Shown: positions 13,340 through 25,859 of the stretch, one piece after another
Layout: each line of letters starts with the position of its first letter
Numbering within the stretch: position 1 is the first letter of the stretch
Assembly (NCBI GenBank): GCA_030390025.1
Contig: CM059439.1
Coordinates: 44,888,001 to 44,952,000, forward strand
From: Squalus acanthias
Taxonomy: Eukaryota
Direction: 5' to 3'
DNA length: 64,000 bases
Notes under the pieces: model-generated
Database searches by the model: none
What the model saw: the letters and a program-made list of their open reading frames with translations, nothing else
Told to the model about the DNA's origin: nothing
Made by a program: the position numbers and the translations under genes

Positions 13340-13690
13340 GAACAACTTGCATTTATAGAGCACCTTTAATGTAGTAAAAATGTCCCACGGCGCTTAATTG
13401 GAGTTTAATGAGAAAGAAAATTGACACCAAGCCAAAGAAGGAGACATTCGGACTGGTGACCAAACGTTTGGTATGAGGGGTAAGTTTTAAGGGTGAAGAA
13501 ACAAGAGGCTTGGGGAGGGAATTCCTGAGCTTAGGGCCTGGATGGCTGAAGGCATGTGGTGGGGCAAAGGAAGTGGGGGGGATGCACAAGCAGCTTGAGT
13601 TGGAGAAACGCAGAGTTCTTGGAGCATTGTAGGGCTGGAGGAGGTTACAGAGATAGGGAGGGGTGAGGCCATGGAGGATTTGAACACTTA
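13340..13690 (-). mobile_element. L2 LINE 3' fragment
   Basis: LHGLTPPYLCNLLQPY motif and L2 tail. Confidence 0.75.
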
Positions 13691-14356
13691 AATCATAGAC
13701 TTCAGGAAGAAAATAAAAAAAACCTCCAAACATAACTGCATCTCCTATAACGTCACAGAAGTCTATAAATCAGACCATGTAACTCACCCAGTTAGAGGAA
13801 GGAATGATACAGGAAAGCTACAGAACTGGAGAAGGAGGAAGGAAAAGGTTGTGTTGGTGCAATTTTATATCAATGAATGAAGGTTTCAATCAGTTAAAAT
13901 TAATAAATATGAGCTATATCACAAATGGAGAGAAGAACTTATTAGGGACAACTTAAAATATTTTGTATTGCAAAATATTACAATTTTTACACATATGAAT
14001 CTAGAATTTAAAAATTAAATAAATATTTTGTTCCACTAGATAGATTTTATGATGTTGATGAGTATTTCAAAGAAATGTCTCTTCTGTACCAAGAAATCTT
14101 AGTCCTCTGTCCGATGAATACTTTTCCAACAGGTTAGGAATACAGGAATTGTATGAATTAATGTAAAGTACCCCCTACTTGACACCAATATTGTGCCCCA
14201 ATCTCAGAACCACCCATACTACAACAGTGTAATGTTTCTATTAGATGCACCAGCCCTCCTTATGGCCTCTGCGTGAACCAGTCTAATTTCAAATTAAGGG
14301 CTGTTTGTGCTCTGGATTAATTGTCACTAAGAAAGGAGTTGTGGCACCCTAAAGTT

Positions 14357-16339
14357 AGGTCAGAAATTGCTGCAATACCGCATCGCGAGGCAAGTGATGT
14401 TAATTAGACTTTTTACCTCACCATTCAGATCACATTATTTGCATCACAAATTGCTGGAACATTGAAACAATAATTGTGCAGCGATATCAATGTCTGGGAC
14501 CTCATGAACGTCATGCACAATGGTCTATCTCTTCAACCAATGGAAGAAAAGGATAAAGAAACAAAGCAAATGACGGAAAAGGAAATAGGGTGAATTAGAA
14601 TCAAATTAGAAAGAGAAAGAGAGGGAAAGAAATAGAGTGGACTGAGAAAGAGAAAGAGGCAGAAAAGTTTTTTGTTTTTTTTATAAAAAGAACAAGCAGA
14701 TGAAGAGGACATTGTAACCCAGTTGTGTTGGGAATGATTGTGTTGGTCCTTGAGAAGTTAATGAGTGAATGGAGGGTAGGTGTGTGAAATGTACAAACAT
14801 TCTTGACCCATGAAGTGTGGAGCCAGTGGCCCTGTCCATCATGATCAGGACAGTGGAACTGCTTTCATCGCAACGTAGGAATTGCTAGACAAAACGAGAC
14901 CAAGGTCCATCTAATTCACCTTCTACCATCCTGGGAGTTACATTTATAATGGAGTTGTTGACTAATCATAGCAATCAATCTATCAATTAGTTTATAACAG
15001 ACCCAAAAATGACATGAGGAAAACCCTAGTGATGAGATCCATGGTTCACCAAGTTCTCCAAGTCATCTTTTTCCTCCCAAGCATGCTACACTTGCCGCGT
15101 CATGTCTCAAATTACTCATACTGTATCCCAAAATTATGTTCTGAAAGAAATTGATCTAATTTGCATTTCTGAGTGTCAAAACAACTTTGCATCCTGAAAA
15201 TGATGTGGCATCTAACACCAACAGTTATGTGGATGGCAAGACTGGTACAAAGTACTGCCAAGACACTTAAAAAGATACTAAACCTCTGAGAACAATTCAC
15301 TACCTGCTGGAGTGAGGTTCCACAGCTTCACTGTTCCCTTTCTGGGCCTCTGAGGTTCAGTGTCATCTCAGGACCATAAATCACTTCATTAACAGGGTCC
15401 TTATGACATGAAATACCATCCCTAAATGGCTGCATCGAGATTAATTAGTATTAACGTCGTAAACCCAGCAATTTCATGACGTGCAATTAAGTTCAATGGG
15501 GAGGCTCACAGCAAGGTTGCAATTTTTTGGGTTTTGTTGAGGCTAACGGCGGAGCGGCGAATCGGAACTGTGCAGCTACAGCAAGCCATTAGGAAGACAA
15601 ATGGTCTTCATCACAAGAGGATTTGCGTACAGGAGTAAAGAAGTCTTACTCCAATTATATAGGGCCTTGGTGAGACCACACCTGGAGTACTGTGTACAAT
15701 TTTGGTCTCCTTACCTAAGGAAGGATATACTTGCCATAGAGGGAGTGCAACGAAGGTTCACAAGATTGATTCCTGGTATGGCGGGACTGTCGTATAAGAG
15801 ATGAGAGTGAGTAAACTAGGCCTGTATTCTCTTGAATTCAGAAGAATGAGAGGGGATCTCATTGAAGCATACAAAATTATTACAGGGCTGGATAAGGTGG
15901 ATGCTGAGAGAATGTTTCCCTTGGCTGGGGAGTCTAGAACCAGGGGCCACAGCCTCAGGATAAAGGGTAGGCCATTCCGGACTGAGATGAGAAGAAATTT
16001 CTTCAGAGGGTGGTGAATCTTTGGAATTCTCTACCCCAGAGGGCTGTGGAGGCTCAGTCATTGGGTATATTCAAAACAGAAGTCGATAGATTTCTGACTA
16101 GTAAGGGCATCAAGGGATATGGCGATAGGGCCGGTGAATGGAATTGAGGCAGAAGATCAGCCATGATCTCATTGAATGGCGGAGCAGGCTCGAAGGGCCG
16201 AATGGCCTACTCCTGCTCCTATTTCTTATGTTCTTAACTCATGGCATATCTCTTCTTTACCGCAAAAGCTGGAATTTTTACAAACTAATAATGAAGAGCG
16301 CTGTTAATTCGCCATTATTTTTCCAGCAATTTCTGGCCA
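14357..16339. mobile_element. Harbinger-like MITE expanded by nested insertions (includes CR1 at 15580-16235)
   Basis: TIRs AGGTCAGAAATTGCTG / CAGCAATTTCTGGCCA, with GTT on both flanks. Shares internal motifs (tctgggacct, a purine tract) with 6418-7143. Confidence 0.55.
15580..16235 (+). mobile_element. CR1 LINE 3' fragment
   Basis: ORFs LYRALVRPHLEYCVQFWSPY and RRMRGDLIEAYKI, followed by a cttatgttctta tail. Confidence 0.9.
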
Positions 16340-16657
16340 GTTATTTCATTTTGGATTAGCCAGAACAGAGAGGGGACTAATCCCATCACCATACTCGGAT
16401 TCAAACCTAGCTCCAAGAGGTGAAAGAGCGGAATACTAATCTAGTCCCCATGTTAAATTCACATTTTTTTTTTTTAGAAAAAACAGTAAAGATTGGTAAA
16501 CTCATCAAATAGAAGACTGTAAGCACAAAGCTGCAACCTTTCACTCCATGACAGTATTCTCTTAAGTTATACTTCTGGTAAGTTAAGCTTTGTACTAATT
16601 TCCAAAATTAATGCATGGAGTATTGCATGTTTGATGGTTACTCAAAATAAATATAAT

Positions 16658-17269
16658 GGCCCATAATTTGCTGTCAAAATAAGGCGAGGATAATAGCGCT
16701 TGCTGTTCTTTATGTGCAAATGTTGCAGCAACTTCACGCGAGGGCAGATGCGCAATTAAACACTAAAATCCAAAAGCTGCTGTTCGAGATGCCTTTAGCT
16801 TTGTAAAAATGGCATCTCGCTGTCTGGCTCACTATTGAAATGCATTGAGCTGCATGAAGTTATTGTACTTGTACGGTAGATACAAACTAAACTCAGCACA
16901 GAAAGTTAGAGCTGGTCTGAACTGATGCAAGGAGCCTTTTACTTTTCCTTTCGGTCTCTTTCTCTCTCAATAAAATCTTTCTTTCCCTCTTTATTTCTGT
17001 ATGATTGGACGTTGAATTCACCCACTCTAATTTACACTTGTCAGTCTTTGTGCTGTTCATTTCACAATCCTTCAATCCGATTAGTTAAGGATATACAGTT
17101 ACTTGGCCTGTTCACTCAGGTCCCAGATGCCTGGTGTCCCTCGCTGCGACGTTATCAGCTCGCACTTCCAGCAATTTGTGGCGCAAAATATAGTTGAGAT
17201 TAAATGGGCAGGGCATGTCCAAGTCATGCCGGATACCATTTGATTCACTCTCACAGCAAATTATGGCCC
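16658..17269. mobile_element. Non-autonomous TIR element (Harbinger-like MITE)
   Basis: 17-bp TIRs GGCCCATAATTTGCTGT / ACAGCAAATTATGGCCC with 1 mismatch; flanks are AAT/TAT. Related to 6418-7143. Confidence 0.7.
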
Positions 17270-17526
17270 TATTAGTACTATATGCTCAATGTTGCAAAAG
17301 GAAGTGATTTTTACCACAAAAGAAAAAGTTTACACAGTATACTAGGATATCTAAAAAAGTTAAGCTGCATTGGATAATTCTTGAAAATGGAAAAATGAAA
17401 AAATTTGAAACATGACTGCTTAATGTAGATTTCTCAAAACACTCAGGAATTTTTTTTTTTTTTTTTTTTAAATCCAAGCTTCAAGAATACCAGTATCAAA
17501 AGGATGTGGTTAAAACATAATCTTAC

Positions 17527-17666
17527 CTGTCTGCTATACTTTCTTTTTGTATTTCCCGTATAAAGATACCAAGTTCGCCCATATTGTCATTTTTAAGACC
17601 GACCACACTGAATCCCAGGCCCCCCATTGCTGGCTTGTTCAATTCAATATATTCTACTCGTCTTCC
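17527..17666 (-). CDS. PATJ: PATJ coding exon 4 in window (PDZ1 N-terminal half: GRRVEYIELNKPAMGGLGFSVVGLKNDNMGELGIFIREIQKESIAD)
   Basis: 140 nt, cag acceptor and gtaaga donor, GLGF motif. Not in the ORF track; translated by hand. Confidence 0.95.
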
Positions 17667-18233
17667 CTGAGAAATTTGTTAAAAAGGTGAATTAATAAAA
17701 AGGTGAATATTAAATTACAGTTGTAGTACATAAATATCCAATTAGCCAAACATAATTTTAAACAAAACCAAATCTTACCAAGCAGATACAGCACAATTAC
17801 AATGGATGGGGACAAAAGAAAAATATCCCTGACAATTAACATAATATGCAGGATTTCAGAAAAATTGCATTGAAACTGTACAATAAATAGTGATTAAGTT
17901 AGCAAATCGCTGAGTATTGTGCCTAGTACAGTTGTTAAAAGGTAAACTGATCAAACAACTCAGTAGATTGCTCTGTGATTCAACTAAACACTTTTATCCA
18001 TACTCACTCCAAAATAGGACAGTTAAAACTTGTCCATTTCAAAATAAATATATTTTAGCAATCAAATTCCATGGCTTCTTCACTACTGTCCACTAGAAAT
18101 GTTCACACTTCAACATCCCATAGTAGCCAAAGCAACAATATCATAATTTTACCCAAATGGTGTTATCCGTACCTTAGCGCAGTTTATTTGTGAAATAATA
18201 GTTTATTGCAACATGTTAAAAAGAAACACTAAC

Positions 18234-18446
18234 CTGAGCTATAATTTGAATAATATTATCAAACTCATCTTGTGTTCTTTCAGGTGTTTCTAACAATGTT
18301 GGTTGGTCATAAATTGGAGTATCTGGAAACAGTTTTGCATCTTCAGCCAAAGCTAGATTATTGTCAGAATGTTCTGGATTGAACACCAAGAGTCCCGTTT
18401 GTGAAAAGTCAAAGTTAGGAGATGAATTTGTGGACATGCGGTTCAG
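18234..18446 (-). CDS. PATJ: PATJ coding exon 3 in window (L27-PDZ1 linker: LNRMSTNSSPNFDFSQTGLLVF...EFDNIIQIIAQ)
   Basis: 213 nt, cag acceptor and gttagt donor. The NFDFS..GLLVF motif is characteristic of PATJ. Confidence 0.92.
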
Positions 18447-18892
18447 CTGTGGACAGAGATAAGAAGTTGCACTTTTACAATCTTGCATTATTTGAATTTT
18501 AAGAGCATTCACTAACAAACAGGCTGCTCAGAAGACTGCAACTAAACTCAGTAATTAAATAGTTGCTCACTGAAGGAAGATGTTTTAATTCACAATGGGA
18601 TCTGTTCTGTTCCAAATCATAAAAGATTCAATTTTTTAAAAAATGAGTTTTTGTCGGGTCTATATCGTGCTCACTTTAAATTAGTTACTGCATGGCTGAG
18701 AGCGGCCAGTCTAAAGAGAATACATATTTGTCATAGGGTGATCTAAATTTGTTTTTTGAATTAGAACTCTAGTACAACTTCACAAAAGTTAGATCAAGCA
18801 TTACTAAAATCTCAGAATGCAATGTATTTTTCAAGCAGAACACACGAAGACAATCACATATACAATAGCATAGTAACATGTTAAGCACTTGC

Positions 18893-19062
18893 CTGTTCCT
18901 TCAGCTGTTTGATGGAATGCTGAAGGGTTAGTATTTGATTAAACAGGGGGCTTTCAAGTGTGTCACGTAAAATATTTAGTTTTTCATGTTGAGATGAATC
19001 TCCTTTCTCACGTAACCGTGACTGCAAGCGAGCCAGTGCTTGTAAAACCTGCTGTTTATCGA
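18893..19062 (-). CDS. PATJ: PATJ coding exon 2 in window (L27 domain: [21 protein letters not shown]...[21 protein letters not shown])
   Basis: 170 nt, tag acceptor and non-canonical GC donor (CAG|GCAAGT). [11 protein letters not shown] is the PATJ/MUPP1 L27 signature. Confidence 0.95.
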
Positions 19063-22000
19063 CTATAGATTGAAAAATTCATAGGAAAAAAATTAGCATT
19101 CTCTAATTGCAACTATGTAAAACATGTTAACGCACATATTCTAGTGGATCTCTAATGGCATGGCTCACAGTGAGTCATAGATTACACTGTTGCAGTGAAG
19201 GGGGTATATGTGGTGTGGTCGTATTTAGATGTGTTGGGGTGAGAGACTTGATGGGTAGGGGCTAGAGCTGGAGTGTGGAAGCAGGGGAAGGGGAGATTGT
19301 GGCCTCATTGAACCAGAGAGACTGCAGTGGAACAGATTTGACGGGGTTTTGGATTGAGAGCACTAAGTTAGGGATGAAAATGTAATGGCACAATGCAAGA
19401 AATAGAATGAAATTAAATGACATACTTAACATCCAAAGTGAAATAAAGCGGTATGCAATTTTCTAAAAGCAACACCACAGGACACTCATGACAATATATT
19501 CGAAGTCTTGCGTGTAATGCGGACTTCCTATGTCACACTTTCCCCATCATGCTTTCCCTGTTAAGACTTTGTTGATAACCACCTCCCCAATTGCTTTAAA
19601 ACACCATATCCTCCAACTCATTGGGGTAATGTTATGGGGCATCTGCTGGAATTATTAATAAATGTGTATGTAGCACGTACATCCATTTAGTCACACTTCC
19701 TGTGCCACACCTTGGTCACACTTGTGTATCACAGGTCTTTTTTAAAAATCACATTTTCGAGGCATGGGAGTCATGTGGACAGCCTGCTTTTCAGCCAGCA
19801 GAAAAGTTGTGTGTTTTTAAGATTGTACTGACTAGCGGAGAAGCTGGACTAGTTTTGAAACAGCAGCACGTTTCATACCACAAGACGCAAGTGTCTGTTT
19901 TAAAGTCTATGAAAAAGTGAGTTGCATGCTTATTATTTTATATCAAGGAGAATAGTATTGTTTGTTATTCACTGTTTTTAACGGTGTACGCTCAGTCGGA
20001 AGGTGTACGCTCAGTCGGCTTTTTAAGCAGCGGAGAATCATGTGGCTGCACTTGATACATCCTTTAACTAGTGGACAGTAGAAGGGTTCTTTCTTGCGGT
20101 CCCTGGGTCTCACTGTAATGTGCCTAGATATTGGGAAGGAAATGTGCACTCTGGATCATAGGGTTATGGGTGTGGTTGTGATACTGAACCTGAGAAACTA
20201 TCGTTAGAACCCAAAATCATGACACTATACTTTCCAGAATATGCTCCTACAATTCAAGGATTGTTTTTTTAAATTCAATCTGGGATGGGATAGGTCGTTA
20301 GCATCCATTAGTGAGGTTGAGGTCATGGGAGAATTATAACATTTTATTTAGATACCATAAAACAGCATCTGTGTCACCATAGTCAGATCCTGCCAGTTAT
20401 AAATAAACTGGTCTTGCATCTAGCACACAAACACTTTTTTTTTTTAAACTGAAAAAGCCAATCGTTGGCATGAAGCATTAAATTTTACAAGCCAATATAA
20501 CTGCCCTCCGATTGACCTCAGTAGTTTATAAGTAGCTACACTGACCTGAATTTGCCTATTTACAGCAGTGACTTGAAAGGCACTACCTGTGACAATGCCA
20601 CAGAAGATCCATCAGTGATCACCAAAAGGAATTGGAAATGAGTTTGAGAGACTGCTCAGCGCATTGTGTGAAAACTATTTTTTAATTGGAAGCTTGAATC
20701 ATGCTTTTTTTTTTCCTGCAGACATCTGCCCACATTCGACATACCATTCAGCCCAAAGAATGTGTGCCTGATGCAAGAATGTTATATTAGCAAATCTCCT
20801 GTAGCATTGCTCACAGTAAGTCAGAAGCGACAGTCTCTTATTACTTTTCTCCCAGGCCTTGATCCTGCTTGCCAGGACTAGCTTTATTTTCCATATATTT
20901 CCTTTACCTATATTTTTCATTTTTAAGCTGAGAATGTAGAACAAGATGGTCTGCAAGATGCACCAACTGGAGATATATATCTTAGTTAGCAATACTGGAG
21001 AGTGGAAATGGGGTTTAGCGGTCTTGAGAGCAGTCCTGTGCCTTGGTAGCACTGGGGAATGGTCCTGGAGTTTGACTGTACTGCAGTGCGACTGCTGGAG
21101 TTTGACAAGTCCTTTGATTGGCTAGGAGGAGGAACCTGGGGTTTTACAGAACTGCTCATCTCTGCATTTCTCCCTCTCTCTTTCACTCTTCTTTCTTTTC
21201 AGGTGGGTACCTGGAGGGGAAGAATTGCCAAGGGCTACAGGTTGCATTTTTCAGTGGTGGATATGGAGCAAATGCAGCTTGTAGGCCTCAATGGCTCTCT
21301 TCCCATTCACTCCCACTTCACTGCAACCCTCTTGATTACCGACTATTGCTATGCTCCGGTCATATCCCCCATCACTTTTGCTTCTCACTATCCAATTGAC
21401 ACTGCACCCTTCCCATCACCCCATCATTCTCATTATGTCCCTGCACCTTTCTCGTTTGCAGTGCTCATGCAAGCTTCTATCCTTGCCTACTCCATGCTGC
21501 CATTATTTCTTCCAAATCCCATGCATTCACTCCCCAATGTACCACTTCCTTGCCACGCATCTCCCTCTCCGCGCCTTCACGCACTTCTCCTCCCCATCAT
21601 CGCCCCCACAACCCCATTTCCCCCACCCCCTCAGTTCCCATCCATTTTCCTCTTTCTCTCTCCATGTCACTCCTTAACCAACCCCCCTATTTAGGAGCGG
21701 CTAGAAATAATTAAAGTTTAAATTTACCGTGGAGCAACCATTAGAAATAAAACTTGCTTAGAAATAATTTAAAATTAAAGAATGAGAGAATTTTTTTTTT
21801 GAAGGGTCTGGTGAGGAAAAACAGACAGTGGGGCTAGGCCAACTGGCGGGGCAGACGAGGCAGCAGTGTTATGGTGGCTGAAAATAGGTCAAGTGCTTGG
21901 AGGCCTAATGCAAAGCAGCAGGAAGGCCAGTTGGTTGCAAGACTGGGCAGAGGTAGATTTGACAGCAGATCAAGCCAGAACAGCACAAATGAGTGGGGCC

Positions 22001-24364
22001 AGTAAATCTGAATCAGAAGTGGGATTAGGCAAGCCAGAAGGGCAGGATGCAGGCCCAGAATCAGAACAGAGCCCACGGGAAAAAGGGGAAGGAAAGAAAA
22101 GCCAGAGCCAGCAGGCCAAAGCAAGGGCAGGGTCCAGGAGAAATTGGAAGAGCAAAAAGAGCTGGAGGGATGGAAGAAATATTCAATTAAAATCTACAAA
22201 ATTAAAAATTAAACTAATTTACCTGACTTGGGAAACAGGAAAAAAAAAATAGGTTGAAAAAAGAAAATGGCGGGCAGACCTGGGCAACTTGTCCCAGAGG
22301 GCCAGCACTAGTGGAAGAACCAAATTGGAGACATTATCAGATTACCTATTAACAGTAGTAATAGCAGGCATTACAGTTAGATAGTTATTTTTCCCTCAGG
22401 CACTACCAAGTGTGACAGGTACCAAGATTCACAAATGCATGACTCAATCACGTGGTGTGTGCTGACTCTCTCTATGCCTTCAAGAGGGAGCTGAACTGGT
22501 TCTTGACTGGGGCAGTGATCGTATCATATCGAAGGCAAGCGTCTTTATAGATAAACACTTGGTCCATGTGATCTCCTGGATTGGTTTTGGTCGCCCGAGG
22601 TGTAATGGAATAGCCATATTTCAGAAAAATACACCATCCTATGAACAGAATTCTAGCTTTATTAAAACATGATAAACTGGGGTTAAAAATCTAAAAGCCT
22701 CAACGACACAAGCCGTAAAACAGAACACAGGCTTCTGAGATAAGATGAAGTGTTAACACAAAAGTTGTAAACACCACACAAGCTTTTGAAATGGGAAATG
22801 GTTGTAAATACTAACACAATGGCCTCATTGAAGAAGCAAATGGTTGGTTCCAAGGAGTCTGTAGTTTGGAACCAACACAATAGCAATGCCCAAGTAAAGT
22901 GTTAAAAATTAACACGTCGAACAGAAAAACAGATTAAAAAAACCATGTGCCTTTGTAAAGGTAATCAAAATGAAACAGGAAACACGATTATATATATAAC
23001 CAGCTAAGATGGCTAGGAAAACAAACACCCTGGTTGAAGTGTTTTTGATTTACAAATTGTAAAAGGTACAAACAAGAGACTTTGTAAATATTACATCAAT
23101 AGACGTACCAAGCAATCACATTGTGTTTGTATTGAAAATGGAAGAGTTAGGAGACACGACTGCTAATAAGCAGTTAAGCCAATATTAAGAATTGAATTGA
23201 AGACCTTCGAAAGAATGGCATCAAAGCGATAAATCGATAATAACCATTTTATATGATAAGTTTTTGAAACACCTATACAGCAGACAGGATTCTGAAAGTT
23301 AACAGCTGAATGAACAGTAAGAATAGAAAGAAGTCAACAGAGGTATGGCTAGAGATAATTAGCTTACATCAGCAGAAAACTTCAAAGAATATACCACTAA
23401 AAAAGGGTATAAAAATAGAGCTTTTCAAATGAGAAAGTCAGAAGTCGCTGGAAAGGCAAGCGATTCTCACCTTCAGAACCATTCTGTAGGCCTACAACTG
23501 AGTCTCGGGTAATCAAGGTATTTGATTTTGGTGGATATTCTGGATTAAGAAATAAGTAGAAGTGTGGAAATGTAATGAAGTTAAGATTTGAGAATAAGGA
23601 TCTCTGATAAGAAATGTAAGCTATTTGTATTTTGGACTGTTAAAGTTGCGATGAAATCAACAGCTGTTAACTACATGTCGGTTCTTTAATATATCTATAT
23701 ATTTTTAAATTGTCTGAGTATTTCTGTATCAATCTCGCAAACTCAATTTCTGTACACGCCTTTTGACAGGAGTTGCAGAATTCTGGGGGATTTTCCAGAC
23801 CCTCATAATATCCGGAAAGTTACAGTCTAGTTAAACTTGTTAAAAGTGCTATCCGGAGGACGGTAACATCTTCAGGTCATTTCTTTCCTTTAGGGAGAGA
23901 TAGTCTGAACCTTTAGACCTAATTAAGCATCTCTAGGATTCGGCTATCTCTAACTTTAGTTGAAGGGGAACATCTGGGGAATACGCCTGATCTGGGGTAG
24001 CCCGAAAAGGGCTAGGACTTGTAATTATCCCTTCAGAGGGAGGTTGGAGAGAATTTTCCCAGAATATTATCCCCTTATTGGCCCTGGTTTTTTTGCTTCT
24101 CCCAAGAGATTACATAGCCGGCGGTGGGGGGGGAATGAGGAGGGCGGAAGTGTTTAGTCATGAAGCTCCGACCATCATGGTGTGCGGCAGGCTTGATGAA
24201 CCAGCTGGTCTTTTCCTGCCCATTAATTTTGTATGTTTGTATGTTCAATCGTGGCAAAAAGAAAAAAAGGTGTGAAACAGGAAGTCTCAAGAATTTTAAA
24301 ATACTACTACAGTCGACATTTCAGTTGTTTAAACACAAAAAAAACTAATGGACTAAGACAGTAC

Positions 24365-24386
24365 CTGTTACAGGATTTTCTGGCAT
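24365..24386 (-). CDS. PATJ: PATJ first coding exon (MPENPVT); whole exon probably 24365-24423
   Basis: ATG CCA GAA AAT CCT GTA ACA G|gtac resembles the MPENP N-terminus of PATJ rather than MPDZ. The upstream acceptor follows a (CT)n tract. Confidence 0.88.
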
Positions 24387-25859
24387 GATTATGTCTTCGG
24401 TTGTTTAGTCTTTTTCAAGGAATCTATAATAGAGAGAGAGAGAGAGATATTACAGACAGGAAATACAAAAAATGACATCCAACTCAGATCAGTTTCTAAT
24501 TCGACAATTATGTTGCTTTTCTACAGCATCTACTACATGCAGTTCTGGTCACCACACTACAGTGGGGACATTTTAGCTTTGATGAGGGTATACCAAAGGA
24601 TGACTACATTGATAGCTGGAACCGATACTTAGGCACATGACCTAAAGGAAGAGGCTATGGATATTGGGAATTTTTACACTTCTCATTGATCAGCTTTCTG
24701 TGATACATACAGGAGGACCCTTATTATGTTCAAGATATCCAAATCAAGCTACTGAGAAATCTACACAGATCTGTAAGGTTTCTGCTTGCCCAACATGGAA
24801 TGCTCACATTCTCTTCATAGGGCCACATCCAATTTACACAAATCCAAAAAGCTTAAATACAACTGGCAGAGCCAAGTGTGCAGAGATACTGTTGGGAGTT
24901 TGACCAGCTAAAACCACAGCATAAAAGAGCTCCTTCTCGCACCTTGTCCAACTAGGACCATCCTTCTCATTGCAGCATAAGCTTAGTGATAGCTGGAGCC
25001 AACTGAAGAATTTCTGCCCCATTTACAGATGCTCTCCTTCAGATTTCATTTGTGAGCTGGGCTGGCTGGTCAATTATCGACAGTGCCCTGGAGTTCTGCA
25101 CATTTGCCTGGTTCAAGTATCCGATTACCAAGTCAGCCACATAAGGTTCTCGGTTCCAAGCTTCCACTGTCATCTTGGAGCCACCTTGACCCCAGAAGGA
25201 CTTCGCTTACCTCTTTCACCCCCCCCCCCCCCCCAAAGTTAGTCATTACAGAACTAACAAGCACGGGTTCGAGTTCTTGCTTGGAGGGCAGCAGGTACTA
25301 AGAGCTCCTCAAGGGCAATATGGTGAGTGGAACTACTCACCATAAGACGTGTGAATACCATCTTCCTGACCACAGTATTTACATACACCATATCCCATTC
25401 AATGCTGGTTCAAACAGTTGCAGGTGCAGAGCTTCAGCAGCAGCTGCCTACCTCTCTGCAACAGTCATAGAAGGCACTGAGCCCTAGATTTAGGAATGTG
25501 TGTCCTCATAAAAAGCTGCAAGTAATGCAGCAGTCATCCCAAGTCTGAGTGTTTTCTGATTGGATATATAATGAGCATCTGCTAGCAGCATGGTGGAAGG
25601 ATCTGCACAGATCATGTCGTGCAACCACCTTGATGTCCTTGATATCCAAGCCCAATGCTATGTTCCAGGCGTACTAATTGCCAAATGTTTAATCCAGGGT
25701 TGAGGGCCTCTTACAAAGAGGCACACTCACCGTGAAGCTAACTTCTCCTGTAGGTTTCTATTCCAGGACATCGTAAGCCACGGCCCTCTCATCTCGGTCA
25801 CATCTGGTCTGCTGAAGCCAACTTCCACACTAGAGTTTACAAAATGGACTCCTTTTCCC

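Noticed and set aside
19981-20018. Short direct duplication ggtgtacgctcagtcgg x2
   Set aside because: An isolated local tandem duplication with no associated element or structure.
21059-22252. ORFs of 211 aa and 128 aa in a PATJ intron
   Set aside because: Low-complexity pyrimidine- or purine-biased sequence with no recognisable domain or convincing exon boundaries.
4160-24386. MPDZ/MUPP1 as the identity of the PDZ gene
   Set aside because: The MPENP start, the NFDFS..GLLVF linker and adjacency to TM2D1 favour PATJ.
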